A stretch of DNA of 64,000 nucleotides from NCBI GenBank assembly GCA_963816515.1, contig CAWFKX010000003.1:60259-124258 (forward strand). The letters run 5' to 3'. Positions 1-10,361 of the stretch are shown piece by piece (position 1 is the stretch's first letter; each line of letters begins with the position of its first letter). Below the pieces are notes generated by a model, which made no database searches, had not been told where the DNA came from, and saw nothing but the letters and a program-made list of their open reading frames with translations. A program made the translations under genes and the position numbers. This stretch comes from an uncultured Gammaproteobacteria bacterium. GTDB lineage: Bacteria > Pseudomonadota > Gammaproteobacteria > Pseudomonadales > Pseudomonadaceae.

Positions 1-59
1 TACAGCGCGGTCATCGCGAACTGCAGCCGGGATAGATCGACGACTGATTCGGAAATCAT
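1..59 (-). CDS. cydA: Cytochrome bd ubiquinol oxidase subunit I, 5' end only (runs off window)
   Basis: Reverse complement reads MISESVVDLSRLQFAMTALY, the typical CydA N-terminus; ATG overlaps the stop of the upstream small ORF (ATGA). Confidence 0.85.
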   Translation of the reverse strand, partial: MISESVVDLSRLQFAMTAL

Positions 60-253
60 TTCGGACTCTTCTCAAGGGGGGCGGAGGGGGTGCCGAGCAG
101 GTGTCGGCTGACATTCGTACCGTCGTCCGTGACGTCAGCCGCCGGGCCGAACCAGACCAGGCGGATCCCCACCAACAGCACCAGCTTGAGCACGATGATC
201 AGGGCGATCTCTTTGGCCAGCGGCCTTTTCAGGAACGCGAAATGAGTGGACAT
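56..253 (-). CDS. cydP: Cytochrome bd oxidase putative small subunit CydP
   Basis: 65 aa, single TM, PLAKEIALIIVLKLVLLVGIRLVWF motif; translationally coupled to cydA. Confidence 0.8.
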   Translation of the reverse strand: MSTHFAFLKRPLAKEIALIIVLKLVLLVGIRLVWFGPAADVTDDGTNVSRHLLGTPSAPLEKSPK

Positions 254-306
254 GGCGGCGACTCGGTGAGGGTGCGCCATTCTTGTCGCAGGCCGGTGGG
301 CGGCCA

Positions 307-320
307 TTGATCCAGATCAA
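307..320. promoter_or_regulatory. ANR/FNR box upstream of cydP-cydA
   Basis: TTGAT-CCAG-ATCAA, perfect TTGAT-N4-ATCAA consensus. Confidence 0.85.
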
Positions 321-371
321 TTTCAAAAGGCCATCACTGTGTGGCAAAGCGCCACACCACCTGCTTGCAAT

Positions 372-384
372 CTTGTATGACAAG
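372..384. promoter_or_regulatory. Probable GntR/FadR-family operator for the glucarate operon (related site at ~503-515)
   Basis: Palindrome CTTGT-ATG-ACAAG; related ACTTGTACGATGA near 503; upstream of sugar-acid genes. Confidence 0.5.
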
Positions 385-569
385 CTGAGGTATCGATCCT
401 GGTGGCGCCCTGCTTGACCCATTCTTAGAAACAAAGACTGGGCATTAGCGCGCGATCTAGATCAACTCGATCCACAGAAAGCCATTGCAGTCCTGAAAAC
501 CAACTTGTACGATGACTGGCAACAAACAAACCTCACCCGCATAAAAATAATCAGTGGGAGTTTTGAATC

Positions 570-1931
570 GTGAGTCAGTCCAGCCCCTCCTCCGCCATGG
601 CGGACAGCGATCCCGTCCTGATGCGCGCCGTCGCCAAGGTCAAGCGTCACGTACTGCCGCTGTTCGTGCTGATGTTCATCGTCAACTACATCGACCGGGT
701 CAATATCGGCTTCGTGCGCACGCACATGGAGCATGACCTGGGCATCGGTGCCGCGGCCTATGGCCTGGGTGCCGGGCTGTTTTTCATCGGCTACGCGCTG
801 TTCGAAGTGCCCTCCAATATCCTCTTGCAAAAAGTCGGCGCGCGCCTGTGGCTGACCCGCATCATGTTCACCTGGGGCCTGGTGGCCACGCTGATGGCGT
901 TTGTTCAGAACGAAACCCAGTTCTATGTGTTGCGGGTGCTGCTGGGCGTCGCCGAAGCCGGCTTCTTCCCCGGGGTCATCTATTACTTCACCCGCTGGCT
1001 GCCCGGCGTCGAACGCGGCAAGGCCATCGCCATCTTCCTCAGCGGCTCGGCCGTGGCCTCGCTGATTTCCGGCCCGCTGTCCGGCGTGCTGCTGCAGATA
1101 GAGGGCCTGGGCCTGCACGGCTGGCAGTGGATGTTCGCCATCGAGGGCATGGCCTCGGTGCTGCTGGGGTTTTTCGTGTGGTTCTGGCTGGACTCCAAGC
1201 CCCACGACGCTTCCTGGCTGGGCGGCGAGGAAAAGGACGCCCTGGTAGGCGCCATCGACCAGGAGCAACAGGACCGCGAAGCCCTGCACAGCGTCAAGCC
1301 GACCCTGGGCAAGCTGCTCAAGGACGGTCAGATCCTGATCTTCTGCGTGCTGTACTTCTGCATTCAGCTGACCATCTACGCGGCGACCTTCTGGCTGCCC
1401 AGCATCATCAAGAAAATGGGCGACCTCAGCGACCTGCAGGTGGGCTTTCTCAATTCCATTCCCTGGCTGATTTCGATCATCGCCATGTACGCCTTCGCGG
1501 CGCTGTCAGGGCGCTTCCGTTTCCAGCAGGCCTGGGTGGCCGCGGCGCTGCTGATTGCGGCAGCGGGCATGTTCCTGTCCACCACCGGCGGGCCGGTGTT
1601 CGCTTTCGTCGCCGTGTGCTTCGCGGCCATCGGTTTCAAGTCGGCCTCATCGCTGTTCTGGCCGCTGCCACAGGCCTACCTGGACGTGCGCATCGCTGCG
1701 GCGGTGATCGCCCTGATCAACTCCCTGGGCAACCTCGGCGGCTTCGTCGCCCCGGCCACCTTCGGCCTGCTGGAACAGAGCACCGGTTCGATCCAGGGTG
1801 GCCTGTATGGCCTGACCGCCACCTCGATACTGGCCGCGGTGCTGGTGTTCTTCGCCCGCAACCAGCCCAAGGCCGCCACCCCTATTGCCGGCCCCGCCCA
1901 CACCCCTGTGGCGCTGGGCAAAACGCACTGA
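570..1931 (+). CDS. MFS transporter, ACS family (probable sugar-acid/glucarate uptake)
   Basis: [10 protein letters not shown] and [10 protein letters not shown] motifs, ~12 TM, directly upstream of gudD. Confidence 0.85.
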   Translation: MSQSSPSSAMADSDPVLMRAVAKVKRHVLPLFVLMFIVNYIDRVNIGFVRTHMEHDLGIGAAAYGLGAGLFFIGYALFEVPSNILLQKVGARLWLTRIMFTWGLVATLMAFVQNETQFYVLRVLLGVAEAGFFPGVIYYFTRWLPGVERGKAIAIFLSGSAVASLISGPLSGVLLQIEGLGLHGWQWMFAIEGMASVLLGFFVWFWLDSKPHDASWLGGEEKDALVGAIDQEQQDREALHSVKPTLGKLLKDGQILIFCVLYFCIQLTIYAATFWLPSIIKKMGDLSDLQVGFLNSIPWLISIIAMYAFAALSGRFRFQQAWVAAALLIAAAGMFLSTTGGPVFAFVAVCFAAIGFKSASSLFWPLPQAYLDVRIAAAVIALINSLGNLGGFVAPATFGLLEQSTGSIQGGLYGLTATSILAAVLVFFARNQPKAATPIAGPAHTPVALGKTH

Positions 1932-1959
1932 CCCCCTTTCGCCTGAACAGGAACCCGAC

Positions 1960-3306
1960 ATGAGCACTTCACACCACGGCAACACCCCCGTCATCACTCG
2001 CCTGCAGGTCATCCCGGTGGCCGGCCACGACAGCATGCTGCTCAACCTCAGCGGCGCACACGGTCCATTCTTCACCCGCAACATCGTCATTCTCACCGAC
2101 AGCGCCGGCAACACTGGCGTGGGCGAAGTGCCCGGTGGCGAACGCATTCGCGAAACCCTGGAAGACGCCCGCAGCCTGGTGGTGGGCCAGCCCATCGGCC
2201 AGTACCAGCGCGTGCTCAACCAGATGCGCAGCACCTTTGCCGACCGCGATGCCGGCGGCCGTGGCCTGCAGACCTTCGACCTGCGCATCACCATCCACGC
2301 CGTGACCGCCATGGAGGCCGCCCTGCTGGACCTGCTGGGGCAGTTCCTGGATGTGCCGGTGGCCGCCCTGCTCGGCGAAGGCCAGCAACGCGACGCAGTG
2401 AAAATGCTGGGCTACCTGTTCTACGTCGGCGACCGCAGCGCCACCGACCTGGCCTACCGCAGCGAGCCAGACGCCAGCGACGACTGGAGCCGCCTGCGTC
2501 ACGAAAAGGCCATGACCCCCGAGGCCGTGGTACGCCTGGCCGAAGCCGCCAAGGTCAAATACGGCTTCAACGACTTCAAGCTCAAAGGCGGCGTGCTGCG
2601 CGGCGAGGAAGAGATCGAGGCGGTCACCGCCCTGGCCGAGCGCTTCCCCGACGCACGCATCACCCTGGACCCCAACGGCGCCTGGTCGCTGAAACAGGCC
2701 ATTGCCCTGTGCCGCGACCAGCACAAGGTGCTGGCCTATGCCGAAGACCCATGCGGCGCCGAGAACGGCTATTCAGGCCGCGAAGTGATGGCCGAATTCC
2801 GCCGCGCCACCGGCCTGCCCACCGCCACCAACATGATCGCCACTGACTGGCGCGAAATGGGCCACGCCATCCAGCTGCAATCGGTGGACATCCCCCTGGC
2901 CGACCCGCATTTCTGGACCATGCAAGGCTCGGTGCGCGTGGCGCAGATGTGCCACGAATGGGGCCTGACCTGGGGCTCGCACTCCAACAACCACTTCGAC
3001 ATTTCGCTGGCCATGTTCACCCAGGTGGCTGCCGCCGCGCCGGGCGACATCACCGCCATCGACACCCACTGGATCTGGCAGGACGGCCAGCGCCTGACCA
3101 AGGCCCCGCTGCAGATCGAGGGCGGTTACGTGAAGGTGCCGGCCAAGCCGGGCCTGGGCGTGGACATCGACCTGGACGCCGTGGCCAAGGCCCACGAGCT
3201 GTACAAGGGCATGGGCCTGGGCGCGCGCGACGACAGCGTGGCCATGCAGTTCCTGATTCCCGGCTGGAAGTACAACAACAAGCAGCCGTGCCTGGTGCGC
3301 CCATGA
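1960..3306 (+). CDS. gudD: Glucarate dehydratase
   Basis: [45 protein letters not shown] motifs. Confidence 0.95.
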   Translation: MSTSHHGNTPVITRLQVIPVAGHDSMLLNLSGAHGPFFTRNIVILTDSAGNTGVGEVPGGERIRETLEDARSLVVGQPIGQYQRVLNQMRSTFADRDAGGRGLQTFDLRITIHAVTAMEAALLDLLGQFLDVPVAALLGEGQQRDAVKMLGYLFYVGDRSATDLAYRSEPDASDDWSRLRHEKAMTPEAVVRLAEAAKVKYGFNDFKLKGGVLRGEEEIEAVTALAERFPDARITLDPNGAWSLKQAIALCRDQHKVLAYAEDPCGAENGYSGREVMAEFRRATGLPTATNMIATDWREMGHAIQLQSVDIPLADPHFWTMQGSVRVAQMCHEWGLTWGSHSNNHFDISLAMFTQVAAAAPGDITAIDTHWIWQDGQRLTKAPLQIEGGYVKVPAKPGLGVDIDLDAVAKAHELYKGMGLGARDDSVAMQFLIPGWKYNNKQPCLVRP

Positions 3307-3335
3307 CGCTCTGAAGGCCGCACCGCAAACGCCTT

Positions 3336-3380
3336 TGTGGAAGCTGGCTCGCCAGCTCCGACAGGCCGGCCGCTGCTACA
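3336..3380. repeat. REP-like palindrome
   Basis: TGTGGAAGCTGGC-TC-GCCAGCTCCGACA followed by GCTGCTACA; intergenic. Confidence 0.6.
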
Positions 3381-3424
3381 AAAGGTTTTTTCACCCTAGA
3401 ACAATCACAACAGGGGTCACGACC

Positions 3425-4771
3425 ATGTCCGCGAAGAAGACGCACGTCCGCTATTTCATTCTGTTCCTGCTGTTCTTCATGACCACGGTGAACTACGCCG
3501 ACCGCGCCACCCTGTCCATCGCTGGCACCGCCATCAGCAAGGACCTGGGCCTGACGCCCATCGCCATGGGGCTGGTGTTTTCCGCCTTCGGCTGGGCTTA
3601 CGTATTGGGTCAGGTGCCGGGCGGCTGGCTGCTGGACCGTTACGGCTCCAAGCGCATCTACGGCCTGAGCTTGCTGCTGTGGTCGTCGATGACCTTTCTG
3701 CAAGGCTTCGTCGGCAGCCTGAGCATTACCCTGGCAGTGACCACCTTGTTCACCCTGCGTTTTATCCTCGGCCTGGTGGAGTCGCCGGCCTTCCCCGCTA
3801 ACGGGCGCATCACCGCCAGCTGGTTCCCCACGGCGGAGCGCGGCCTGGCCACCTCGATTTTCAACTCGGCGCAATATTTCGCCGTGGTGCTGTTTTCGCC
3901 CATCATGGGCTGGGTTACCCACAGCTTCGGCTGGAAATACATTTTCCTGTTCATGGGCGGCCTGGGCCTGCTGCTGGCGTTCGCCTGGTTCCGCCTGATG
4001 CACGCGCCCAAGGACCACCCGCGCATCAGCCCTGCGGAACTGGCGCACATCGAACAGGGCGGCGGCCTGGTGGACATGGACAACCACGGCCGCGCCGACC
4101 GCTCGGCAAAAATGCCGTACCTCAAGGAACTGCTGTGCAACCGCATGTTGGTGGGCGTGTACATCGGCCAGTACTGCATCACCGCCCTCACCTACTTCTT
4201 CATCACCTGGTTCCCCATGTACCTGGTGCAAGGGCGCGGCATGAACATCATGCAGGTCGGCTTTGTCGCCGTGCTGCCGGCGCTGTGCGGTTTTGTCGGC
4301 GGCATCAGCGGCGGCCTGCTGTCGGACCTGCTGCTCAAGCGCGGCGTATCGCTGACCTGGGCACGCAAGACACCCTTCGTGATCGGCATGTCCCTGGCCA
4401 CCTCGCTGGTGCTGTGCAACTACATCGACTCCACCTGGCTGGTGGTCACGCTCATGGCCCTGGCCTTCTTCGGCAAGGGCCTGTCGGCGATCGGCTGGGC
4501 CGTGATCGCCGACGCCTCGCCCAAGGAACTGATCGGCATGACCGGCGGCCTGTTCAACTCGTTGGGTAACATCGCCGGCATCGTCACCCCCATCGTCATC
4601 GGCTACATCCTCGCCGTCACCGGCTCCTACGATGGCGCCTTGTGGTTCGTGGCGGCGCACTCGGTGCTGGCGGTACTGGCCTACCTGTTCATCGTCGGCA
4701 AGATCCAGCGGGTCGTGCTCAACAAAGACAAGGCCCTCGCGCTTGCCGTGGCACACCCCGCCCCTCTGTAG
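3425..4771 (+). CDS. gudP: D-glucarate/galactarate permease (ACS MFS)
   Basis: KKTHVRYFIL..NYADRATLSIAG, RMLVGVYIGQYCI..LTYFFITWFP motifs. Confidence 0.85.
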   Translation: MSAKKTHVRYFILFLLFFMTTVNYADRATLSIAGTAISKDLGLTPIAMGLVFSAFGWAYVLGQVPGGWLLDRYGSKRIYGLSLLLWSSMTFLQGFVGSLSITLAVTTLFTLRFILGLVESPAFPANGRITASWFPTAERGLATSIFNSAQYFAVVLFSPIMGWVTHSFGWKYIFLFMGGLGLLLAFAWFRLMHAPKDHPRISPAELAHIEQGGGLVDMDNHGRADRSAKMPYLKELLCNRMLVGVYIGQYCITALTYFFITWFPMYLVQGRGMNIMQVGFVAVLPALCGFVGGISGGLLSDLLLKRGVSLTWARKTPFVIGMSLATSLVLCNYIDSTWLVVTLMALAFFGKGLSAIGWAVIADASPKELIGMTGGLFNSLGNIAGIVTPIVIGYILAVTGSYDGALWFVAAHSVLAVLAYLFIVGKIQRVVLNKDKALALAVAHPAPL

Positions 4772-4829
4772 CGGCAACCTGTGTGAGAGCGGGCTCTACC
4801 CGCTCCCATACAAGACCGTTACGGCTACA
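4767..4829. repeat. REP-like nested inverted repeat between convergent genes
   Basis: TGTAGC...GAGCGGG-CTCTA-CCCGCTC...GCTACA. Confidence 0.55.
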
Positions 4830-5586
4830 GGATGCTTGCATCGCCCCAGATGAACAGCACCAGCCCCAACCCGGCGTACGCCCACAGTAACCAGCGCCCC
4901 AACCGACGCGGCACCAGCACCGCCCAGCGTGCCCAACCCGGCACCCGCTGCGGATTGCTGGCCGCCAGGCGCGGCCAATTCATTGTCGTCTTCGGCTCCT
5001 TCAGCAGTTGGCTGATCACCCCCATGCGCTGCCGCCGCCCGCCCAGCGAATTGCCGGCAATGGCACGGTGCTGCTCCAGCATCGGCTTGCCGCCCACCCG
5101 CTGTTCCAGGCGCTCCACGCTGAGCCAGCAGAACAGCGTGTATGCCCCGTTGCCCAGCCACAACGCCAGCGCGCACAGCGCCATGCCCAACACCATCAGG
5201 TGGTCGAACACACTGCTGTCGGCCCGCCAGGTTTCCGACACCATGTTCCACACCGGCTTGAGCAACAGCACCACCATTGCCCACAGCAACACCTGGCAGG
5301 GCACGATCACCGACCACTTCAGGCCCGTGGGAAACGCCGCGACCTGCTTCGCCGGCACCCGCCCCCGCAACACCGGCTGCAGCGGCGCACGCAACACGGC
5401 GAACACCATGAACAACGGCGCGAACGAGCCGCGCGGCGGGATGGACAGGCTGTGCAGGTGCTTGCGGATGACCTTGAGTTTCAAACGCGCCACGCACCAG
5501 GCAGTGACAAAGGCGATGGCCACGGTGAGCCAGAAATAGCGGGCGAGCAGGCCGAGGAACCAATCGCCGGCGTTGAATTCGATCAT
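4825..5586 (-). CDS. Hypothetical membrane protein (about 4 TM, internal two-fold repeat)
   Basis: 253-aa ORF with RBS-like AAGGA upstream; hydrophobic segments; fills the space between gudP and the HlyD gene. Confidence 0.65.
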   Translation of the reverse strand: MIEFNAGDWFLGLLARYFWLTVAIAFVTAWCVARLKLKVIRKHLHSLSIPPRGSFAPLFMVFAVLRAPLQPVLRGRVPAKQVAAFPTGLKWSVIVPCQVLLWAMVVLLLKPVWNMVSETWRADSSVFDHLMVLGMALCALALWLGNGAYTLFCWLSVERLEQRVGGKPMLEQHRAIAGNSLGGRRQRMGVISQLLKEPKTTMNWPRLAASNPQRVPGWARWAVLVPRRLGRWLLWAYAGLGLVLFIWGDASIL

Positions 5587-5651
5587 TTCACAGTCCTTGT
5601 GCAGGGGAACTCGGGTGTCCCCCTCTATTTTTCACCAACGGCTGCCGTCCC

Positions 5652-6812
5652 TCAATCCTCCACCCCCGCTTCCGGCACGCCACGCTCCCCTTCCACCACA
5701 TACCCGGTGTCGATACTCACCACCACCGACATCCCTGGCCGCAGGCGCTGGGCTTGCGGCTGGTCGTTGTCGACGGTGATGCGCACGGGGATGCGCTGGG
5801 CGATCTTGACGAAGTTGCCGGTGGCGTTGTCGGCCTGCAGCAGGCTGAATTCGGAGCCTGTGGCTGGCGAGATGCGCTGCACGTGGCCGCGCAGGCGCAG
5901 GTGGTTGAGGGCGTCGACGGTGAAGGTGGCGGGCTGGCCGACGCGAACGTTGGCCATTTGGGTTTCCTTCATGTTGGCGATGACCCAGAGGGTGTCGGGC
6001 ACCAGGGCCATCAGTTGCGCGCCGGAGTTGACGTAGGCGCCCAGGCGCACGCCGATCTGGCCCAGCTGGCCGTCGCGGGGGGCAGTGATGCGGGTGTTGG
6101 AGAGGTCGATGCGCGCCAGCTCCACGGCGGCTTCGGCATTGCTGACGGCTGCCTCCAGGGAACCGCGGTTGACGATGACGGTTTGCAGGTCCTGTTTCGA
6201 GATTTCCAGCGCGGCCTTGGCCTGGGCCAGGGACGCGATGGCGGCGGCGTTGGCCGCGCGGGCCACGTCCAGCTCGCTTTTTGACACCGAGCCATCGCTG
6301 ACCAGCTCTTCGTTGCGGCGCAGGTCGGCGGCGCTCTTGCGTGCCTGGGCATCGCTGTCGCCGATGGCGGCCTGGCGCTGGACGATGGTGGCTTCGGCGC
6401 TGCGCCGTTGTTGCAGGTTGTTGGCCAGCGAAGCCTTGGCCTGCTCCACTTGGGCCAGGGACTGGTCCAGGTGCTGCTTGTAGATGCGATCGTCGAGGCG
6501 CACCAGCAGGTCGCCGGTCTTGACGAACTGGAAGTCCTGCACCGGCACTTCGAACACGTAGCCGGCCAGTTGCGGGCCGATGATGGTGGTCTGGCCGCGC
6601 ACCTGGGCGTCCTCGGTGCTTTCGATCTTGCTGCTGAACGGTGGCAGTTCCCAGGCATAGAGCACGATCAGCACGCCGACGATGGCGACGCTGGCGAACA
6701 TCAGCGAGGAAATCACCCGTACCCGCAGCGAGCGTGGGGCCGTGGCGGCAGGGGCTACCCCTTCGGGCGTGGAAGCGATGGCGTTGGTGGTGGTCGTCGT
6801 CGGTTCGGTCAT
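5652..6812 (-). CDS. HlyD/EmrA-family membrane fusion protein
   Basis: N-terminal TM, coiled coil, DNATGNFVKIAQRIPVRI motif. Confidence 0.9.
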   Translation of the reverse strand: MTEPTTTTTNAIASTPEGVAPAATAPRSLRVRVISSLMFASVAIVGVLIVLYAWELPPFSSKIESTEDAQVRGQTTIIGPQLAGYVFEVPVQDFQFVKTGDLLVRLDDRIYKQHLDQSLAQVEQAKASLANNLQQRRSAEATIVQRQAAIGDSDAQARKSAADLRRNEELVSDGSVSKSELDVARAANAAAIASLAQAKAALEISKQDLQTVIVNRGSLEAAVSNAEAAVELARIDLSNTRITAPRDGQLGQIGVRLGAYVNSGAQLMALVPDTLWVIANMKETQMANVRVGQPATFTVDALNHLRLRGHVQRISPATGSEFSLLQADNATGNFVKIAQRIPVRITVDNDQPQAQRLRPGMSVVVSIDTGYVVEGERGVPEAGVED

Positions 6813-8464
6813 GAAGTGGAGGCGCCGCTGGTGGGTACGGAAGGCGCCGCAGGGGCCGCCTGGGTGGTGGTGAGCAGCCACAGGCTGCGGATGAAAATCC
6901 AGATCATGGTCAGTACCGCGACCACGCAAATGAACATGAATACGTCGTTGTAGGCCAGCACGTTGGCTTCACGGGTGGCCGCGGTGGACAAGGCCCGGTA
7001 GCCCAGGTTGGTACGCAGCGAGGTATCGGCTACGGTGGAGGCGTAACTGGACGCACCGCTTTGCACCCGTGCCAGCACGCGGGGGTCGAGCAAGGTCAGT
7101 TGCTCGACGATGACGCTGGAGTGAAATTTTTCCCGCACGATCTGATAGGTGCCCAGCAGCGCCGCACCGATCAGGCTGCCGACGTTGTTACAAATACCGA
7201 ACAGCACTGAGAAGCTGATCAGGTTGCGCGGGTTGGTGGCGACGTTGCGCGTGCCCAGGGCCATGGTCGGGCCGACGAAGAAGGTGCCGCCAAAGGCCAG
7301 TAGGAACTGGCTGAAATACATGTTCCAGGGCCGCGTGAGGTTGTTGGAAAACGAGTCCATGTAGGCGCCCGTGGCCATCAGCGCCAAGGACACGATCAGG
7401 GGCATGAACAGGTGTTCCGGCCGGATGGTCAGGGCACTGACGGCCAGCCCCGCCACCGCCCCGGCGAGCATCACGTAGTAGAGGCTGCGCATCTGCTCCT
7501 GGCTCATGTTCAGGGCCTGCAGGAAGCCCACCGCGCCGGTGGACTGTTCGGACGCCACCATGCGGATCAGCATCACCGCCAGGGCCATGCGAATGGCCAC
7601 GCCGCTGCCCAGCCAGCGGGTCATCAGCATCGGGTTGCTGCGGTTGTGCTCGATGGCCAGGCCCGTGAAGATCAGCACGATGCAGGCCACCGAGGCCCAG
7701 CCGATCCAAGGCGCCGACAGCCACCAGTCAATACGCCCCAGCGACAGCACGGCGCAGAGCAAGGCGAAGCCGGTGGCAAGGATGGCGAAAGTGAGGAAAT
7801 CCAGTGGCTCGAAGGTCTTGTAGCGGTCACCGGGGGGCAACTTGAGCATGAATACGCAGCCCAGGGCGGTGAGCGCCAGGCCCAGTTCGAACAGGTACAG
7901 GCCGCGCCATTCGGCGATTTGCAGCAGGTCTTCGGAGAACACCCGCGCCAGCGGCAGGGCCAGCTGCGAGGCGCCCAGCCCCAGTACCAGCGCGCTCAAC
8001 CGCCATTTCGCCGGCAGCGCCTGGATCATGTAGTACAGGCCCAGCGAACTCAGCGCCGCGCCGACCATGCCGTGGGCGGCGCGCACGGCGATGGCCGAGT
8101 TGAGGTCGTTGACGAACAGGTGAGCGAAGGTGACCAGCGCGTACAGCACCAGGAACACTTCGGTGAAGGCGCGCAGGCCGAACTGCTGGCGGAATTTCAC
8201 CAGCACCAGGTTCATGGACACGTTGGTCATGACATAGGCGGCGGGCAGCCAGGCCATTTCCGCCTGGGTGGCGCCCAGCGCGCCCTGCAAAAACTGCAGG
8301 TTGGCGGTGACCAGCGCGTTGCCCAGGCCGCCGGTAATGGCCACCAGCAGGCCTACGGCGGCGAACGCCAGGCGCTTGGGGGTGGAATGCAATGGCGTCG
8401 ACGGCGAGCCGGGCAGGCTTGGTTTCTCGTGGGGCAGCCATTGGTGGGGGGTGTATTGGTCCAT
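6809..8464 (-). CDS. MFS efflux transporter (DHA2-like)
   Basis: WLPHEKP N-terminus, many TM segments, ATGA-coupled to the HlyD gene. Confidence 0.85.
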   Translation of the reverse strand: MDQYTPHQWLPHEKPSLPGSPSTPLHSTPKRLAFAAVGLLVAITGGLGNALVTANLQFLQGALGATQAEMAWLPAAYVMTNVSMNLVLVKFRQQFGLRAFTEVFLVLYALVTFAHLFVNDLNSAIAVRAAHGMVGAALSSLGLYYMIQALPAKWRLSALVLGLGASQLALPLARVFSEDLLQIAEWRGLYLFELGLALTALGCVFMLKLPPGDRYKTFEPLDFLTFAILATGFALLCAVLSLGRIDWWLSAPWIGWASVACIVLIFTGLAIEHNRSNPMLMTRWLGSGVAIRMALAVMLIRMVASEQSTGAVGFLQALNMSQEQMRSLYYVMLAGAVAGLAVSALTIRPEHLFMPLIVSLALMATGAYMDSFSNNLTRPWNMYFSQFLLAFGGTFFVGPTMALGTRNVATNPRNLISFSVLFGICNNVGSLIGAALLGTYQIVREKFHSSVIVEQLTLLDPRVLARVQSGASSYASTVADTSLRTNLGYRALSTAATREANVLAYNDVFMFICVVAVLTMIWIFIRSLWLLTTTQAAPAAPSVPTSGASTS

Positions 8465-8584
8465 CGGCACCTGTTGGAGTCGGAAAAACGTTGACCCTAT
8501 CAGGGTACCAGTAAATCCGACTGCAACGGCTTGCGCCAGTTCGCAGCATCGAAGACAGCAGCGGCCGCGAGATCGGTCAGGCCG

Positions 8585-9643
8585 TCAGCCGATGCAGACG
8601 TTGCCATCGAACAGCAGCCGCGCGGTACGCACCAGGCCGCAGCTGACCACGTTGCCATTGTCGGTGTGCACGGCCACGGTGAACTCACCGGTGGGATGCT
8701 CTACCGCCAGGCGCTTGTGAGCGCCGGGCGGGACCACGCCAAGGTCGGCGGCCACCGAGCCAGGGTACAGGCACGCGGTGGCGACGCTGACCGCACCGAA
8801 CACGCCAATGGAGGCATGGCACTTGTGAGGGATGAAGCTGCGGCTGCTGATCGCCCCGCCCGCCTGGGGCGCGGCCACCAGGCACATTTTCGGCACGGTG
8901 CGGGCGCTGACGTCGCCCAGGCTCATGGCGGGGCCGGCCTGCAGGCGAATCGACTCCAGGCGCGCTTTCAGTTCGCTGTCAGCATCCAGCTCGGCGCGGC
9001 TTTCATAACCGCTGCGGCCCAGGTCGGCGGCGCGAATCAGCACCACCGGCATGCCGTTGTCGATGCAAGTCACCGCCACCGCGTCGAACGTATCGACAAC
9101 GTTGCCGGTAGGAAACAGCGCGCCACAGCTGGACCCGGCAATGTCATCGAAGTCGATGACCACCGCCGCCGCCGTGCCCGGCACGCCGTCGATACGCGTG
9201 TCACCGGCGTAGGACACTTCGCCGCCCGGGGTGTGCACCTGGGCGGTGGCGGTCTGGCCGGTGTTCTCCATGAAAATGCGCACTGCAGTGACGTCACCGC
9301 TGGCCTGCACCAGTCCGCGTTCCAGGGCGAACGGGCCGACGCCGGCGAGGATGTTGCCGCAGTTCTGGCCGTAATCCACGCGCGGTTCGTCGACCACCAC
9401 CTGGGCAAACAGGTAGTCGACGTCGACGCCAGGGCGCGTTGACGCCTTGATGATCGCCACCTTGCTGGTCAGCGAGTCGCCGCCGCCGATGCCGTCGATC
9501 TGCCGCGCATCGGGCGAGCCCATGGCGGCCAGCAGCAGGCTGTCGCGGGCCGCAGGATCCTGGGGCAGGTCGCTGGCCAGGAAATAGGCGCCCTTGGAGG
9601 TGCCGCCACGGATCATCAGGCACGGAATTCGACGCTGGGCCAC
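8585..9643 (-). CDS. galD: 4-oxalomesaconate tautomerase (PrpF family)
   Basis: RGGTSKG, QIDGIGG, NCGNILAGVGPF motifs; GTG start after GGAGG; gal cluster context. Confidence 0.9.
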   Translation of the reverse strand: MAQRRIPCLMIRGGTSKGAYFLASDLPQDPAARDSLLLAAMGSPDARQIDGIGGGDSLTSKVAIIKASTRPGVDVDYLFAQVVVDEPRVDYGQNCGNILAGVGPFALERGLVQASGDVTAVRIFMENTGQTATAQVHTPGGEVSYAGDTRIDGVPGTAAAVVIDFDDIAGSSCGALFPTGNVVDTFDAVAVTCIDNGMPVVLIRAADLGRSGYESRAELDADSELKARLESIRLQAGPAMSLGDVSARTVPKMCLVAAPQAGGAISSRSFIPHKCHASIGVFGAVSVATACLYPGSVAADLGVVPPGAHKRLAVEHPTGEFTVAVHTDNGNVVSCGLVRTARLLFDGNVCIG

Positions 9644-9647
9644 GGTG

Positions 9648-10361
9648 TCAGTCCTCCAGTTCGCTGGCATCGTCCACGTAGCGCAGGCCCTTCTCGGCCA
9701 GGCGTGGGCGCATGTTGTAGATGTCCAGGCCCAGCTCGCCGCTGGCCAGGCGCAGGCGCTTGCTCTCTTCCAGGTCGGCACGCTTGCGGGCGGCCTCGAC
9801 CACGCTGGCCAATTCGCCACGACGCACCACCACCACGCCGTCATCGTCGGCCAGCACCACGTCACCCGGGTTGACCAGTTGCCCGGCGCACACCACCGGA
9901 ATGTTCACCGACCCCAGGGTTTCCTTGATGGTGCCCTGGGCGTGCACCGCCTTGGACCACACGTGGAAACCCATCTCGCGCAAGGTATGGGTGTCGCGCA
10001 CGCCGGCTTCCAGAATCAGCCCGCGCACGCCACGGGCCTGCAGCGACGTGGCCAGCAGGTCGCCGAAATAACCGTCGGTGCACGGCGAGCTCGGCGACAC
10101 CACCAGAATGTCGCCGGCCTGGCACTGTTCCACGGCTACGTGGAACATCCAATTGTCGCCCGGCGCCACCAGCACGGTAATGGCCGAGCCGCTGATGGCG
10201 ACGCCCTGCTGGATGGGGCGCATGAACGGGGCCAGCAGGCCCTTGCGGCCCTGGGCTTCGTGCACGGTGGCGACGCCGTAGTGGCGCACTTCGTCGATCA
10301 GGGCACTGTCGGCACGCTCGATATTGCGCACCACTACGCCGGTTTTCCCTACAAGGCTCAT
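9648..10361 (-). CDS. galC: 4-carboxy-4-hydroxy-2-oxoadipate (HMG/CHA) aldolase
   Basis: [29 protein letters not shown] motifs (LigK/RraA fold). Confidence 0.92.
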   Translation of the reverse strand: MSLVGKTGVVVRNIERADSALIDEVRHYGVATVHEAQGRKGLLAPFMRPIQQGVAISGSAITVLVAPGDNWMFHVAVEQCQAGDILVVSPSSPCTDGYFGDLLATSLQARGVRGLILEAGVRDTHTLREMGFHVWSKAVHAQGTIKETLGSVNIPVVCAGQLVNPGDVVLADDDGVVVVRRGELASVVEAARKRADLEESKRLRLASGELGLDIYNMRPRLAEKGLRYVDDASELED

